From assembly GCA_902535885.1 (NCBI GenBank), contig CACAVG010000003.1, positions 1 through 39,678 on the forward strand: DNA of 39,678 nt. Reading direction: 5' to 3'. Positions 30,730 to 39,678 of this stretch are shown in pieces. Below the pieces are notes generated by a model that worked only from the letters and a program-made list of their open reading frames with translations, was not told where the DNA came from and did no database searches. The stretch comes from an uncultured Alphaproteobacteria bacterium. Its GTDB lineage: Bacteria; Pseudomonadota; Alphaproteobacteria; HIMB59; GCA-002718135. Position numbers and translations under genes: made by a program. The stretch's first letter is position 1. Each line of letters begins with the position of its first letter.

Positions 30730-30766
30730 ATACACTAGATAAAATTGATTTGGCAATAAATTAAAT

Positions 30767-31171
30767 TTATTTTTTAGAGTTAAAATTATCCATTTTTCTA
30801 AGTGTCTTTTCACTAACATGATGTTCTATTCCTTCAGCATCTTCAGAAGCTGTATTCTTGTCTAAACCAAGATTTAGTAAAAAATTGTATACAATATTGT
30901 GCCTTTTTTTTGATTCACTTGCTATTTTTTGACCTTTAAAAGTTAAAAAAATTGATCGATAAGGTTCTCTTTTAATGTAACCCTGTGATTGTAGTCTTCG
31001 TATTGTTTTATTTGCGGTAGCTTGCGCTATGCCTAAGCTTTCAGCAATATCAACAATACGAGCTTCCCCTTTAGAATTTAACAGTTCTGCAATTAGTTCT
31101 AAATAATCTTCAGTATTTTCTGTTTTATGAGCATTTCGGACTTTGCTGAAAGACATTTTCTTTTTTAACAT
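30767..31171 (-). CDS. mntR: Manganese-dependent transcriptional regulator (DtxR/MntR family)
   Basis: VRNAH...EDYLELIAELL...GEARIVDIA, EPYRSIFLT, DAEGIEHHVS; resembles enterobacterial MntR. Confidence 0.92.
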   Translation of the reverse strand: MLKKKMSFSKVRNAHKTENTEDYLELIAELLNSKGEARIVDIAESLGIAQATANKTIRRLQSQGYIKREPYRSIFLTFKGQKIASESKKRHNIVYNFLLNLGLDKNTASEDAEGIEHHVSEKTLRKMDNFNSKK

Positions 31172-31194
31172 AAAAACCTAAAAAAATTAACAGA

Positions 31195-31216
31195 AAATGT
31201 AGCCATAGCTATATTT
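31195..31216. promoter_or_regulatory. MntR operator
   Basis: AAATGTAGC-CATA-GCTATATTT, 8/9 inverted repeat resembling the E. coli MntR box AAACATAGC-N4-GCTATGTTT; lies in the 66-bp gap between mntR and the transporter. Confidence 0.82.
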
Positions 31217-31237
31217 ATTAGCTATATATACATTTTT

Positions 31238-32389
31238 ATGAATGCCCTAATTAATGCTATTAATGAAAAAACCAAAATCATTCTTGAGAATGATGGGAGG
31301 TTATTGAAGAAATCTTTCTTTGGTCTTCTACTACTTTCTCTTGTTTTTCAAGGAGGTGAATTTGGTGAGGTCATAAGATCTTCAATGATAGATGCTTATA
31401 TTCAGGTATCTGTTTTTGTTGGATTTACTCTGTTTGTTTTCATTGGCTTGGATAGTTTAACAAAATTTGATGTAAAGAATTTTTTATCTAAAACGCAAAA
31501 GTTACATGTTGGTATAGCTGCATTTTTAGGTGCAATACCTGGATGTGGTGGAGCTATAATAGTTGTTACTCAATATATTCAGGGACGTATTTCTTTTGGA
31601 TCCTTAGTCGCTGTATTAACAGCAACAATGGGAGATGCAGCTTTTTTAATACTTGCTATAGAACCCACAACAGGGCTTTTGATATTTGGAATTGGAATTA
31701 TTGTAGGATCAATTTCAGGTTATATAATAGATTTTATTCATGGCATAAATTTTATGCAGGCGGAAACAAAAATAAAAGTTGAATTTGAAAAAATAAATAA
31801 AACTTTTGTATCAAATTTTAATTACTTTTGGCTTTTTTTATTTATTCCTGGTTTTGTCTTAGGTATTTTAGTTGCATTCCAAGTGGAATTTGAATCCTCT
31901 ACTTATAATACATTTTTAATTTTCGTTGCATCTGCTGGGGCAATACTTTCAATATTTATGTGGTCATTGAATCCTTTAAGTGATTTTCAATGTTCAACTG
32001 ACAAAAGTAGGGGGCTACTATCAAGAGTAGTAGATACGACTAATTTTGTAACTACTTGGGTCATTAGTGGCTTCCTTGTCTTTGAAATATTTATGTACTT
32101 TACAAGTTTAGATTTAAAAATATTTTTTGATTTATGGCTTCCATTTGTTCCATTGATTGCAATTTTATTTGGTTTCTTGCCAGGATGTGGACCTCAAGTT
32201 GTTGTGGCAACTTTTTATCTAAATGGCTATATACCTCTTTCTGCAGAATTAGGTAATGCGATATCAAATGATGGCGATGCTTTGTTTCCAGCAATAGCTC
32301 TTGCTCCAAAAGCTGCAATTTTAGCAACTCTTTATAGTGCAATACCTGCATTAGTAGTTGCCTACGGATATTTTTATCTATTCGAGTAA
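31238..32389 (+). CDS. mntX: Putative manganese transporter (MntX family)
   Basis: Multi-TM protein with duplicated PGCG motifs (AIPGCGG, FLPGCGPQ), ATMGDAAF and ISNDGDALFP; divergent from mntR, with an MntR box. Confidence 0.82.
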   Translation: MNALINAINEKTKIILENDGRLLKKSFFGLLLLSLVFQGGEFGEVIRSSMIDAYIQVSVFVGFTLFVFIGLDSLTKFDVKNFLSKTQKLHVGIAAFLGAIPGCGGAIIVVTQYIQGRISFGSLVAVLTATMGDAAFLILAIEPTTGLLIFGIGIIVGSISGYIIDFIHGINFMQAETKIKVEFEKINKTFVSNFNYFWLFLFIPGFVLGILVAFQVEFESSTYNTFLIFVASAGAILSIFMWSLNPLSDFQCSTDKSRGLLSRVVDTTNFVTTWVISGFLVFEIFMYFTSLDLKIFFDLWLPFVPLIAILFGFLPGCGPQVVVATFYLNGYIPLSAELGNAISNDGDALFPAIALAPKAAILATLYSAIPALVVAYGYFYLFE

Positions 32390-32392
32390 AAA

Positions 32393-32536
32393 TTGAAGAA
32401 AAATTTACCTTCTAAAATTTGCATTGTTTGTAATAGACCATTTACTTGGAGAAAAAAATGGGAAAAAGATTGGAAAAATGTTTTATATTGTTCGAAGAAA
32501 TGTTCTAAAAATACTTTAAAAAAAAGTAATAGATAA
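32393..32536 (+). CDS. DUF2256-family small Cys-rich protein (47 aa)
   Basis: TTG start; [33 protein letters not shown]. Not in the ORF track. Confidence 0.85.
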   Translation: MKKNLPSKICIVCNRPFTWRKKWEKDWKNVLYCSKKCSKNTLKKSNR

Positions 32537-32545
32537 ATCTTATTT

Positions 32546-32695
32546 GTGACAGATAAATTAAATAAAGAAAAAAATATACATCATTCAAAAAATGATTCTA
32601 AAAAAGAAATACGCTTAACGAGATTAAAAAGGTTAGAAAAAAAACTTAAATCAAATATTTTAAAAAGAAAAAAAGCTATTAATAAAAATGGATAA
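32546..32695 (+). CDS. Small basic protein upstream of murA (49 aa)
   Basis: GTG start; MTDKLNKEKNIHHSKNDSKKEIRLTRLKRLEKKLKSNILKRKKAINKNG; stop overlaps the murA start. Confidence 0.6.
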   Translation: MTDKLNKEKNIHHSKNDSKKEIRLTRLKRLEKKLKSNILKRKKAINKNG

Positions 32696-33944
32696 ATTAA
32701 TAATCAATGGAGGTTCTAAAATTTCTGGTTCAATTATTGTTCATGGTTCAAAAAATGCTGCATTACCAATAATTGTATCATCTCTTTTATCTGACAATAT
32801 TTTAAAACTCTCAAATGTACCTAATGTAGTTGATGTATTAAATTTAATTAAATTACTAAAAAATTATGGCGTCAAAATTGAATATAAAAAAAACAAACTA
32901 AAAATAAATCCAAAAAAAATTAAAAATTTATCAGCAGATTATGATGTTGTAAGAAAGATGAGAGCGTCTATTTTAATTCTAGGACCTTTACTCTCTCGTT
33001 TTGGTAAAGCTAGAATATCTTTACCAGGAGGTTGTGCTATCGGGACTAGACCTATAGATATACATCTTGCAGGCTTATCAAAACTAGGTGCTAATTTTGA
33101 TATTCAAAATGGTTTTGTTATAGGAAGTGTTAAATCACAACTGATTGGTAATAAAATAAAATTACCTTTTCCAAGTGTAGGCGCTACTGAAAATATACTA
33201 ATGGCTTCGGTTTTAGCAAAAGGTGAGACTAAGATTTTAAATGCTGCGAGAGAACCAGAAATAGAAGATCTGTCTAATTGCCTTACGAAAATGGGAGCAA
33301 AAATAGAAGGTCAAGGAACAAAAACTATTCTTGTGCAAGGTGTTACAAATTTAAAAAATGCCCAGCATGAGATAATTTCTGACAGAATTGTAGCTGGCAC
33401 ATATATAATTGCAGCCCTGATGTTAAATTCAAATTTAGAAATCAAAAATTTTAATACTGTTTATTTAAAATCCTTAATTAATATTTTAAAAAAAATGGGT
33501 GCAAAATTAAAAGTAAGTAAAAATTCAATAAAAGTTTTTCAAGGATCAAAACTAAAATCTACAAGTCTTTCAACTAGCCCTTATCCTGGTTTTCCTACTG
33601 ATTTACAAGCTCAATTAATGTCACTCATGTGTCTATCAGATGGCAAGTCAAAAATTAAAGAAACAATTTTTGAAAATAGATTTATGCATGTTCCTGAATT
33701 GAATAGATTAGGTGCAAATATTACCCTAGAAAAAGATACTGCCACAATTATAGGAAATCAAACATTTAAAGGGGCTCAGGTAATGGCTAGTGATTTGCGA
33801 GCTAGTATAAGTTTAGTTCTAGCCGCTATGAATGCAAATGGTCAAACAACATTAAATCGTGTTTATCATCTTGATAGAGGGTATGAAAATATAGAAAAAA
33901 CATTAAGTAGTTTGGGGGCAAATATAAAAAGAAAGAAAAACTAA
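32688..33944 (+). CDS. murA: UDP-N-acetylglucosamine 1-carboxyvinyltransferase
   Basis: GSKNAALP, MRASI, LPGGCAIGTRP, PYPGFPTDLQAQ, DLRA, HLDRGYE. Confidence 0.98.
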   Translation: MDKLIINGGSKISGSIIVHGSKNAALPIIVSSLLSDNILKLSNVPNVVDVLNLIKLLKNYGVKIEYKKNKLKINPKKIKNLSADYDVVRKMRASILILGPLLSRFGKARISLPGGCAIGTRPIDIHLAGLSKLGANFDIQNGFVIGSVKSQLIGNKIKLPFPSVGATENILMASVLAKGETKILNAAREPEIEDLSNCLTKMGAKIEGQGTKTILVQGVTNLKNAQHEIISDRIVAGTYIIAALMLNSNLEIKNFNTVYLKSLINILKKMGAKLKVSKNSIKVFQGSKLKSTSLSTSPYPGFPTDLQAQLMSLMCLSDGKSKIKETIFENRFMHVPELNRLGANITLEKDTATIIGNQTFKGAQVMASDLRASISLVLAAMNANGQTTLNRVYHLDRGYENIEKTLSSLGANIKRKKN

Positions 33945-33990
33945 CTTTTTCTAGTTTTTTCTTTGATCACAATATAAAAGCCTGCAATTT

Positions 33991-34638
33991 ATGAGTAAAA
34001 TAGTCATTGCAGTACCTAGAGGTAGAATTACAAAAGAATGTAAAAGATTATTACTTAAAACAAGTTTTGCTCCAGATCCTTTGCTTTTTGATCAAGATAC
34101 AAGAAAATTAACTTTTAAATCAAAAAAAAGAAATATTGAATATATTAAAGTAAGAGCTTTTGATGCGTGTACCTTTGTTGCGTTTGGAGCAGCACACATA
34201 GGTATCGCAGGTGAAGATGTAATTAATGAATTTGATTACTCGGAAATATATGCACCGCTAGACTTAAATATTGGTCACTGTCGAATTTCTGTAGCTGCTC
34301 TGAAATCTTTATTAAAAAAAGAGGATCCAGAAACCTGGAGTAATATTAGAATTGCTACTAAATACCCAAATATTACAAAAAAATTTTTTTATAATAAAGG
34401 AATACAAGTTGAAATTATAAAATTAAGTGGGTCAATGGAATTAGCCCCCTCTTTAAATATGTGTAGGAGAATTGTTGATTTAGTATCTACAGGGAAAACA
34501 TTGAAGGAAAATGGTTTGATTGAAATTGAAGAAATAATGAAAATTCAATCTAAATTAATAGTTAATAGATCTGCGTACAAGACAAATATGAATGAGGTTT
34601 CAAAAATTATTTCTGAAATAGGTACATTTGTAAAATGA
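33991..34638 (+). CDS. hisG: ATP phosphoribosyltransferase, short form (HisZ-dependent)
   Basis: AVPRGR, IATKYPN, LSGSMELAP, IVDLVSTGKTLKENGL; 215 aa with no C-terminal regulatory domain. Confidence 0.96.
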   Translation: MSKIVIAVPRGRITKECKRLLLKTSFAPDPLLFDQDTRKLTFKSKKRNIEYIKVRAFDACTFVAFGAAHIGIAGEDVINEFDYSEIYAPLDLNIGHCRISVAALKSLLKKEDPETWSNIRIATKYPNITKKFFYNKGIQVEIIKLSGSMELAPSLNMCRRIVDLVSTGKTLKENGLIEIEEIMKIQSKLIVNRSAYKTNMNEVSKIISEIGTFVK

Positions 34639-35915
34639 AAATATTAAAATTTAATAAAAACTTTTATAATCAACTTCAAATAAAGATTGAAAAAAGAAAT
34701 TTATTATCAAGTAAATCAATTGAAGAAGATGTAAAAAAAATTATTTATGATGTAAAAAAAAATGGTGATAAATCACTAATCAAATATGCAGCAAAATTTG
34801 ATAAAGTTAAAATTAATAAAAAAAATCTTATTCTAAATATATCTAAAATAAAACCAACATCAAAAATTAAACCAGAAATTTTTAAAAGCTTTAAAAAAGC
34901 AATTAAAAATATTTCTTTATTTCATAAAAAACAACTGCCTAAAAATATTGTTTTTAAAAATGATGGAGCAACATTGAAATCTGTATGGAAACCTATTGAC
35001 TCCGTCGGTTTGTACGTTCCAGGAGGAAATGCTTTTTACCCATCCTCTTTAATTATGAATGCAGTACCTGCAATCATAGCTGGAGTAAAAAGAATTGTTT
35101 GTATAACACCACCTACTAAATCAATTAATCCATATTTTGTAAAATTAATTAAGGAATTAGGTATTAAGGAAACATATTTTGTAGGAGGTGCACAAGCAAT
35201 TAGTGCATTAACATATGGCACTGAAACAATTAAGCCGGTAAATAAAATTTTCGGTCCTGGTAATGCTTATGTTGCAGAAGCAAAAAAACAATTATTTGGA
35301 AAAGTAGGTATAGATTTACTTGCTGGTCCTTCGGAAATAATTGTTGTTGCTAACAATGAAAATAATCCGGATTGGGTAGCTTCTGACTTAATAGCTCAAT
35401 CAGAGCATGATGAAAATGCACAGTCAATTTTAATTACGGACAATAAAGATTTTGCAACTAAAGTCTTAAGTTCAATTAAAAATATTAAAAAAGATTTATC
35501 AAAAAAGAAAATAATTGAAAAAAGTTTAAATAATAATGGAATAATTGCTTTAGTCGATAATTTAGAACATGCTTCACAAATTATAAATTTTGTTGCACCA
35601 GAACATTTACATATTCACATTTCGAATAATAAAAAATTATTATCGAACATTAATAATGCTGGTGGTATATTTTTAGGTGAGTATTCTGTCGAAGCTTTTG
35701 GTGACTATATTGTAGGAACTAACCATGTATTGCCCACATCAGGAGCAGCAAAATTTTCATCAGGATTAGGTGTTTTAGATTTTATGAAAAGAAGCTCTTA
35801 TGTTGAGATGAATCAAAAATCTTTTAATACTCTTTCAGAAGATACGAAAAAAATGTCAGGACTCGAAGGTTTAGATGGACATAAATTATCAGTAAAAATT
35901 AGACAAAAGAAATAA
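34635..35915 (+). CDS. hisD: Histidinol dehydrogenase
   Basis: GLYVPGG, GGAQAI, GPGNAYV, AGPSE, QSEHD, APEHL, GTNHVLPT. Confidence 0.98.
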   Translation: MKILKFNKNFYNQLQIKIEKRNLLSSKSIEEDVKKIIYDVKKNGDKSLIKYAAKFDKVKINKKNLILNISKIKPTSKIKPEIFKSFKKAIKNISLFHKKQLPKNIVFKNDGATLKSVWKPIDSVGLYVPGGNAFYPSSLIMNAVPAIIAGVKRIVCITPPTKSINPYFVKLIKELGIKETYFVGGAQAISALTYGTETIKPVNKIFGPGNAYVAEAKKQLFGKVGIDLLAGPSEIIVVANNENNPDWVASDLIAQSEHDENAQSILITDNKDFATKVLSSIKNIKKDLSKKKIIEKSLNNNGIIALVDNLEHASQIINFVAPEHLHIHISNNKKLLSNINNAGGIFLGEYSVEAFGDYIVGTNHVLPTSGAAKFSSGLGVLDFMKRSSYVEMNQKSFNTLSEDTKKMSGLEGLDGHKLSVKIRQKK

Positions 35916-35939
35916 TATTTACTATAAGCTTATAAAAAT

Positions 35940-36158
35940 ATGCCAAAAGAAGGATCGATTGAATTTCAAGGAGTTGTTTTAGAACTTCTCCCAAATGCAA
36001 TGTTTAAAGTAAAACTAGAAAATGATCATGAAATTCTAGCTCACTCATCAGGTAAAATGAGAAAAAATAGAATCAGAGTATTAGCTGGTGATAAAGTTAC
36101 AGTAGAAATGACGCCATATGATTTAACTAAAGGCAGAATTACTTTTAGATGGAAGTAA
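35940..36158 (+). CDS. infA: Translation initiation factor IF-1
   Basis: [38 protein letters not shown]. Confidence 0.99.
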   Translation: MPKEGSIEFQGVVLELLPNAMFKVKLENDHEILAHSSGKMRKNRIRVLAGDKVTVEMTPYDLTKGRITFRWK

Positions 36159-36328
36159 AAAAATCTAAAAAAAATAATATTATTTCTTTAAAAAAAAAAT
36201 CTAAATGCCCAACATGTAAAAAGGTTTCTAAAGAACCTTTTATACCTTTTTGTTCAAAAAAATGTGCTAATCTTGATTTAATGAAATGGCTTACAGATGA
36301 ACATGGATTAGAAATAAAATCTGATTAA
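36149..36328 (+). CDS. yacG: DNA gyrase inhibitor YacG-like zinc finger (59 aa)
   Basis: CPTCKK...[16 protein letters not shown]; overlaps the infA stop. Not in the ORF track. Confidence 0.88.
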   Translation: MEVKKSKKNNIISLKKKSKCPTCKKVSKEPFIPFCSKKCANLDLMKWLTDEHGLEIKSD

Positions 36329-36380
36329 ATATCCTATTTTTAATTGAATTTAATTATAAATACTTTATCTGATGTTTTGT

Positions 36381-36456
<76 letters not shown>

Positions 36457-36553
36457 CTTTCTTAATTATAATATTCGTTCAACACAATTTTAAAAAAATC
36501 TTTAAAAAATTTTAAATGAAAGATATAATTTTCATACATTTAGATGAGATACT

Positions 36554-36967
36554 ATGAATTTTATTAAAAAATTATTTCTAGTCTTATCAGTATTATCTTT
36601 ATTTAACTTGCACTCTTTTGCTGTAAGTGCTTGTTCAGTTAAAATTGGATCATTTGACTGGGATAGTGCTAACATACATTCAGCTATAGCCTCTTATATT
36701 CTAGAAAATGGATATGATTGTGATGTTAAAATTACAAAGGGTAGAACAAATCCAATTTTATCATTATTAATAGATAATAAAATTGATATTATTTTTGAGC
36801 ACTGGACTGATAATAATGTTGCTTTAATTGATACAATTAGAAATATGTTTATAGAGTTTAGTCAAGATTTAGGTGTTACTGATCCGGTATCAGGTCCTGT
36901 AGTAATTGATCAAAGCGGCTTAGTAGCAGAACTTGGAAAAACTATTACTGGAAAACTAAAAGTATAA
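36554..36967 (+). pseudogene. Truncated glycine betaine/choline-type substrate-binding protein (ProX/OpuAC-like N-terminus) with unrelated C-terminal tail
   Basis: Signal peptide, then CSVKIGSFDWDSA...ILENGYDCDV...IDIIFEHW; only 137 aa against ~300 expected. Confidence 0.7.
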
Positions 36968-36993
36968 AATTAAATTTCATAAATAAAATTTAT

Positions 36994-38112
36994 ATGTGTT
37001 ACACTAAACCAATATTGACTTATCTCAAAATCTATACAGCTATTATTATTATACTATTATTTAGTATTAATTTAATCGCAAAGGATTTGACTTTGCAAGC
37101 CTTTAAAGAGCTAAAAATAGAATTAACTAATAATGAAATTACTATTGAACAGTTTAATGAAAAAATTCTTCAGCTTGATATAGATTCAGATATTTTCAAA
37201 ATCTCTAAAGATCTATTTATGGATAATATGTTATCACTAGAAGACTATATTGAGGTGATAGAAAATGTACTAATGAGTGAAATTTCTTTAATTGAAACAA
37301 ATGAAACAAACAATTCACTAGAAAATACTTCTGTATTAAATGGAGATTTTATTTTTCAAACTGAGATAACAAAACTAAGTCAATATATTGTTGGAGATTT
37401 CACTTATGGAGAATTATTTGATAATAAGTTTATTTTTGAAGAAAATGAATTAAAAGAAATTAGTTTAACCCAAAATAATAAAAATTTATTAAAATTTTCT
37501 AAACCTAAATTGATTATAAATAAGAATAAATTTATTATTAAATCTAATGTAATTGATCCTTCAGATCCAGCAGCAACATTAAAATATAGATTTGAAGGAA
37601 ATATTAATAACGACACAGTTAATGGAAAGATGATAGTTTCGTACTATGGAAATGACTTGCCGCAAGGCACTATTTTAGTTGAAGCCAATACAATAAATCA
37701 AACAGAAAAAAATTTAGAATCAAATATTGTCGATAACATTAAACAAATAAATTTGAAATTCAAAATTGTAAGAGTCAATACAAATGTCCCAACAGAATTA
37801 GCTGCAAGAGTAAATAATATTGAAAAACTAACTTTCCTGATGGATAGTGAAAAAGTTAATGAAATTAAGTATGAAGAAAAGTCAAATAATTTCTTTACTA
37901 GAAAAAATATAAGATCATTTAAAGATATAAAAATTAAATTAACAAATCAAAATATTCTGAAAGGAAAATCTAGGTTAGTAGTTAAACAATTTAGTAGTGA
38001 AAACTTAACAATTTATTGGAATATTGATTTATCTAGAGATCATCCATTTGGTAGTGTTGTAATCGAATTAGTTGGAAGAGGCCCACAAATTGAGCTTATC
38101 CCGATAAAATAG
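36994..38112 (+). CDS. Exported hypothetical protein
   Basis: 372-aa ORF with N-terminal hydrophobic signal, short helical region and beta-rich remainder. Confidence 0.75.
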   Translation: MCYTKPILTYLKIYTAIIIILLFSINLIAKDLTLQAFKELKIELTNNEITIEQFNEKILQLDIDSDIFKISKDLFMDNMLSLEDYIEVIENVLMSEISLIETNETNNSLENTSVLNGDFIFQTEITKLSQYIVGDFTYGELFDNKFIFEENELKEISLTQNNKNLLKFSKPKLIINKNKFIIKSNVIDPSDPAATLKYRFEGNINNDTVNGKMIVSYYGNDLPQGTILVEANTINQTEKNLESNIVDNIKQINLKFKIVRVNTNVPTELAARVNNIEKLTFLMDSEKVNEIKYEEKSNNFFTRKNIRSFKDIKIKLTNQNILKGKSRLVVKQFSSENLTIYWNIDLSRDHPFGSVVIELVGRGPQIELIPIK

Positions 38113-38213
38113 ATAAAAATATTAATTATCTGATTATTTTGATTTGATTAAACTTTTTTTTATTTTTTATATATTTATTAATTGTTAATTAAATTTAAAA
38201 TATAAATATTTTG

Positions 38214-39678
38214 ATGAGAATAATTAAAAAAATAAATGTATTAATATTTTTTTTCGCAATAACTTTTATTGGAAATATTGCCTATGGTGCAAGCGAAAAA
38301 TCATTGCTTTTAGCATTAAATATAGAGTGCAGTGCTGAAAAAAAAGGAAAAAAACCTTGGAGAGATAATTTTTTTGGCTTTGCGACTGAGCATAGTTTTC
38401 ATGCAAGTAGGTGGTGGAACGGATCAGGAGACAAGCTTGGAGAAATTGGTCAACATATCTTTAACGCAACTAGAACAGATAAATCATTAGTAATTAATGG
38501 CACAGGTTCTTGGATTAATAATAAAAGTAATAAATCTTGGAAATTACAATTTGTTTCAAAAGGTAACAAATCAATATTAGAACATTTAGAAAATGGAATT
38601 CAAGGATATGAGGGTAGTGGTCAGCACAGAAGAGAATGTGTAATTAAACTCCTTAATCAAGTTGAAGCAAGTGATGCAATACAGATTGGATCCTATACAA
38701 AAGTAATATCAGCTCTTAGAAATCAAATAGACAATTTTAAAGAAAGAAATGGTAAATTAGAAAATCTGAATAATGACTATACTCAAAGAATTGAATCTTT
38801 AGATTCTCTTATAGTTACTTTAAAAAAAGAAAATAATACCAACTTAGAAAAAATTTCTAGCTTAAATTCTGAATTAGAAAAAAATAAAAATAATTCCAAA
38901 TTTGAAATTAAGTATAAAGAATTAACTAAGCAAATTCAAAATATTACAAACGAGTTAGAAGTATCAAATAAAGAAAAGATTAATTTAGAAAATGAAATAT
39001 TATCACTTAAAGAAACAGAAAATACTCTTTTGAACTCTATAGTTGATATCAATAAAGAAATTGATTCTCTTACTGATATTAACTTATCACTTTTGGATAA
39101 AATAGATTTATATAAAAAGAAAGAAAAAGAATTAACTCAAATAATAGAGGAAAATGAAAATCAAAGACGAGAAGAAGAGAGACTTATTAATGAAAAAAAA
39201 CAACAGGATGAAAAATTAGCTGAAGAAATAAGACTAGCAGAAGAAAAAAAACTTAAAGAAAAGGAAGAGTTAGAAAAAATAGCTCAAGAGGAATTAAATC
39301 AAAAATTAGCTCTTTTAACTGAAGAAACAGATTTAGAAAAAGCTCAAAATTTTTTATTAAATCTTGAAAGTTTTATTAAAGAATACCCAGCTGAATTTGA
39401 TATTATTATGATATCTGAATATTTTATTGCAACTAGATCAATACTTGAAGGGGATTTGAACTCTACTAACAAAGTAAAATTAAAAGAGTTTAAGGATTAT
39501 GTAAATCAAAATAGTGAGTTATATCTCCAGTATTCTAATGAAATTTTAAAAAATACACAAAATGAAAAATTAAATAAAATTAATGAAGCAATATTAGGTT
39601 TAGAGAATAGTATCAATGAGTTAAAGCTAATTATGGTCAATAATCAGCAATCAGCCAATTTACAAAAATGGACCGATA
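38214..39678 (+). CDS. Large exported coiled-coil hypothetical protein, truncated by window end
   Basis: ATG at 38214, open to the end (488 codons): MRIIKKINVLIFFFAITFIGNIAYG signal, ~120-aa globular region, then a long E/K/N/L-rich heptad region. Confidence 0.82.
   Translation, partial: MRIIKKINVLIFFFAITFIGNIAYGASEKSLLLALNIECSAEKKGKKPWRDNFFGFATEHSFHASRWWNGSGDKLGEIGQHIFNATRTDKSLVINGTGSWINNKSNKSWKLQFVSKGNKSILEHLENGIQGYEGSGQHRRECVIKLLNQVEASDAIQIGSYTKVISALRNQIDNFKERNGKLENLNNDYTQRIESLDSLIVTLKKENNTNLEKISSLNSELEKNKNNSKFEIKYKELTKQIQNITNELEVSNKEKINLENEILSLKETENTLLNSIVDINKEIDSLTDINLSLLDKIDLYKKKEKELTQIIEENENQRREEERLINEKKQQDEKLAEEIRLAEEKKLKEKEELEKIAQEELNQKLALLTEETDLEKAQNFLLNLESFIKEYPAEFDIIMISEYFIATRSILEGDLNSTNKVKLKEFKDYVNQNSELYLQYSNEILKNTQNEKLNKINEAILGLENSINELKLIMVNNQQSANLQKWTD

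Noticed and set aside
30691-30738. 15-codon ORF MKRRDIRRVPSFFIH and a possible yybP-ykoY riboswitch near the Mn genes
   Set aside because: The ORF runs through the terminator with no RBS. The region is downstream of both flanking genes and I see no riboswitch consensus.
38178-38192. TTAA-N7-TTAA CtrA-like motif
   Set aside because: Expected by chance in this nearly pure A/T spacer.

Overview
AT-rich, tightly packed bacterial chromosome segment. Gene content and order point to a streamlined marine alphaproteobacterium (SAR11/HIMB59-like; an inference, not a database result). From left to right it holds the 3' end of priA, the F1 ATP synthase operon atpHAGDC, and a minus-strand housekeeping block (rppH, ctpA, rsfS, nadD, proA, an in-frame LysE-ProB chimera, pdxJ, a GST). 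Then come tRNA-Thr(GGU), abutting a frameshifted DUF4174-like gene, and a ~20 kb accessory region. That region has two sugar ABC systems without ATPase, further glutathione-related enzymes, an ABC-F (Uup-like) gene, and a sugar-catabolism-like operon built around a 720-aa ADP-ribosylglycohydrolase-fold protein. It ends with a candidate sRNA and an MntR/MntX manganese module with a clear MntR box. The window closes with murA-hisG-hisD-infA-yacG-tRNA-Phe and the start of a variable region (a truncated/chimeric ProX-like gene and two exported hypothetical proteins). No integrase, transposase, CRISPR array or rRNA was seen. The best leads are the ARH/ABC/AKR/aldolase cluster, the two in-frame chimeric ORFs, a eukaryote-like Mu-class GST and the candidate sRNA next to mntR.
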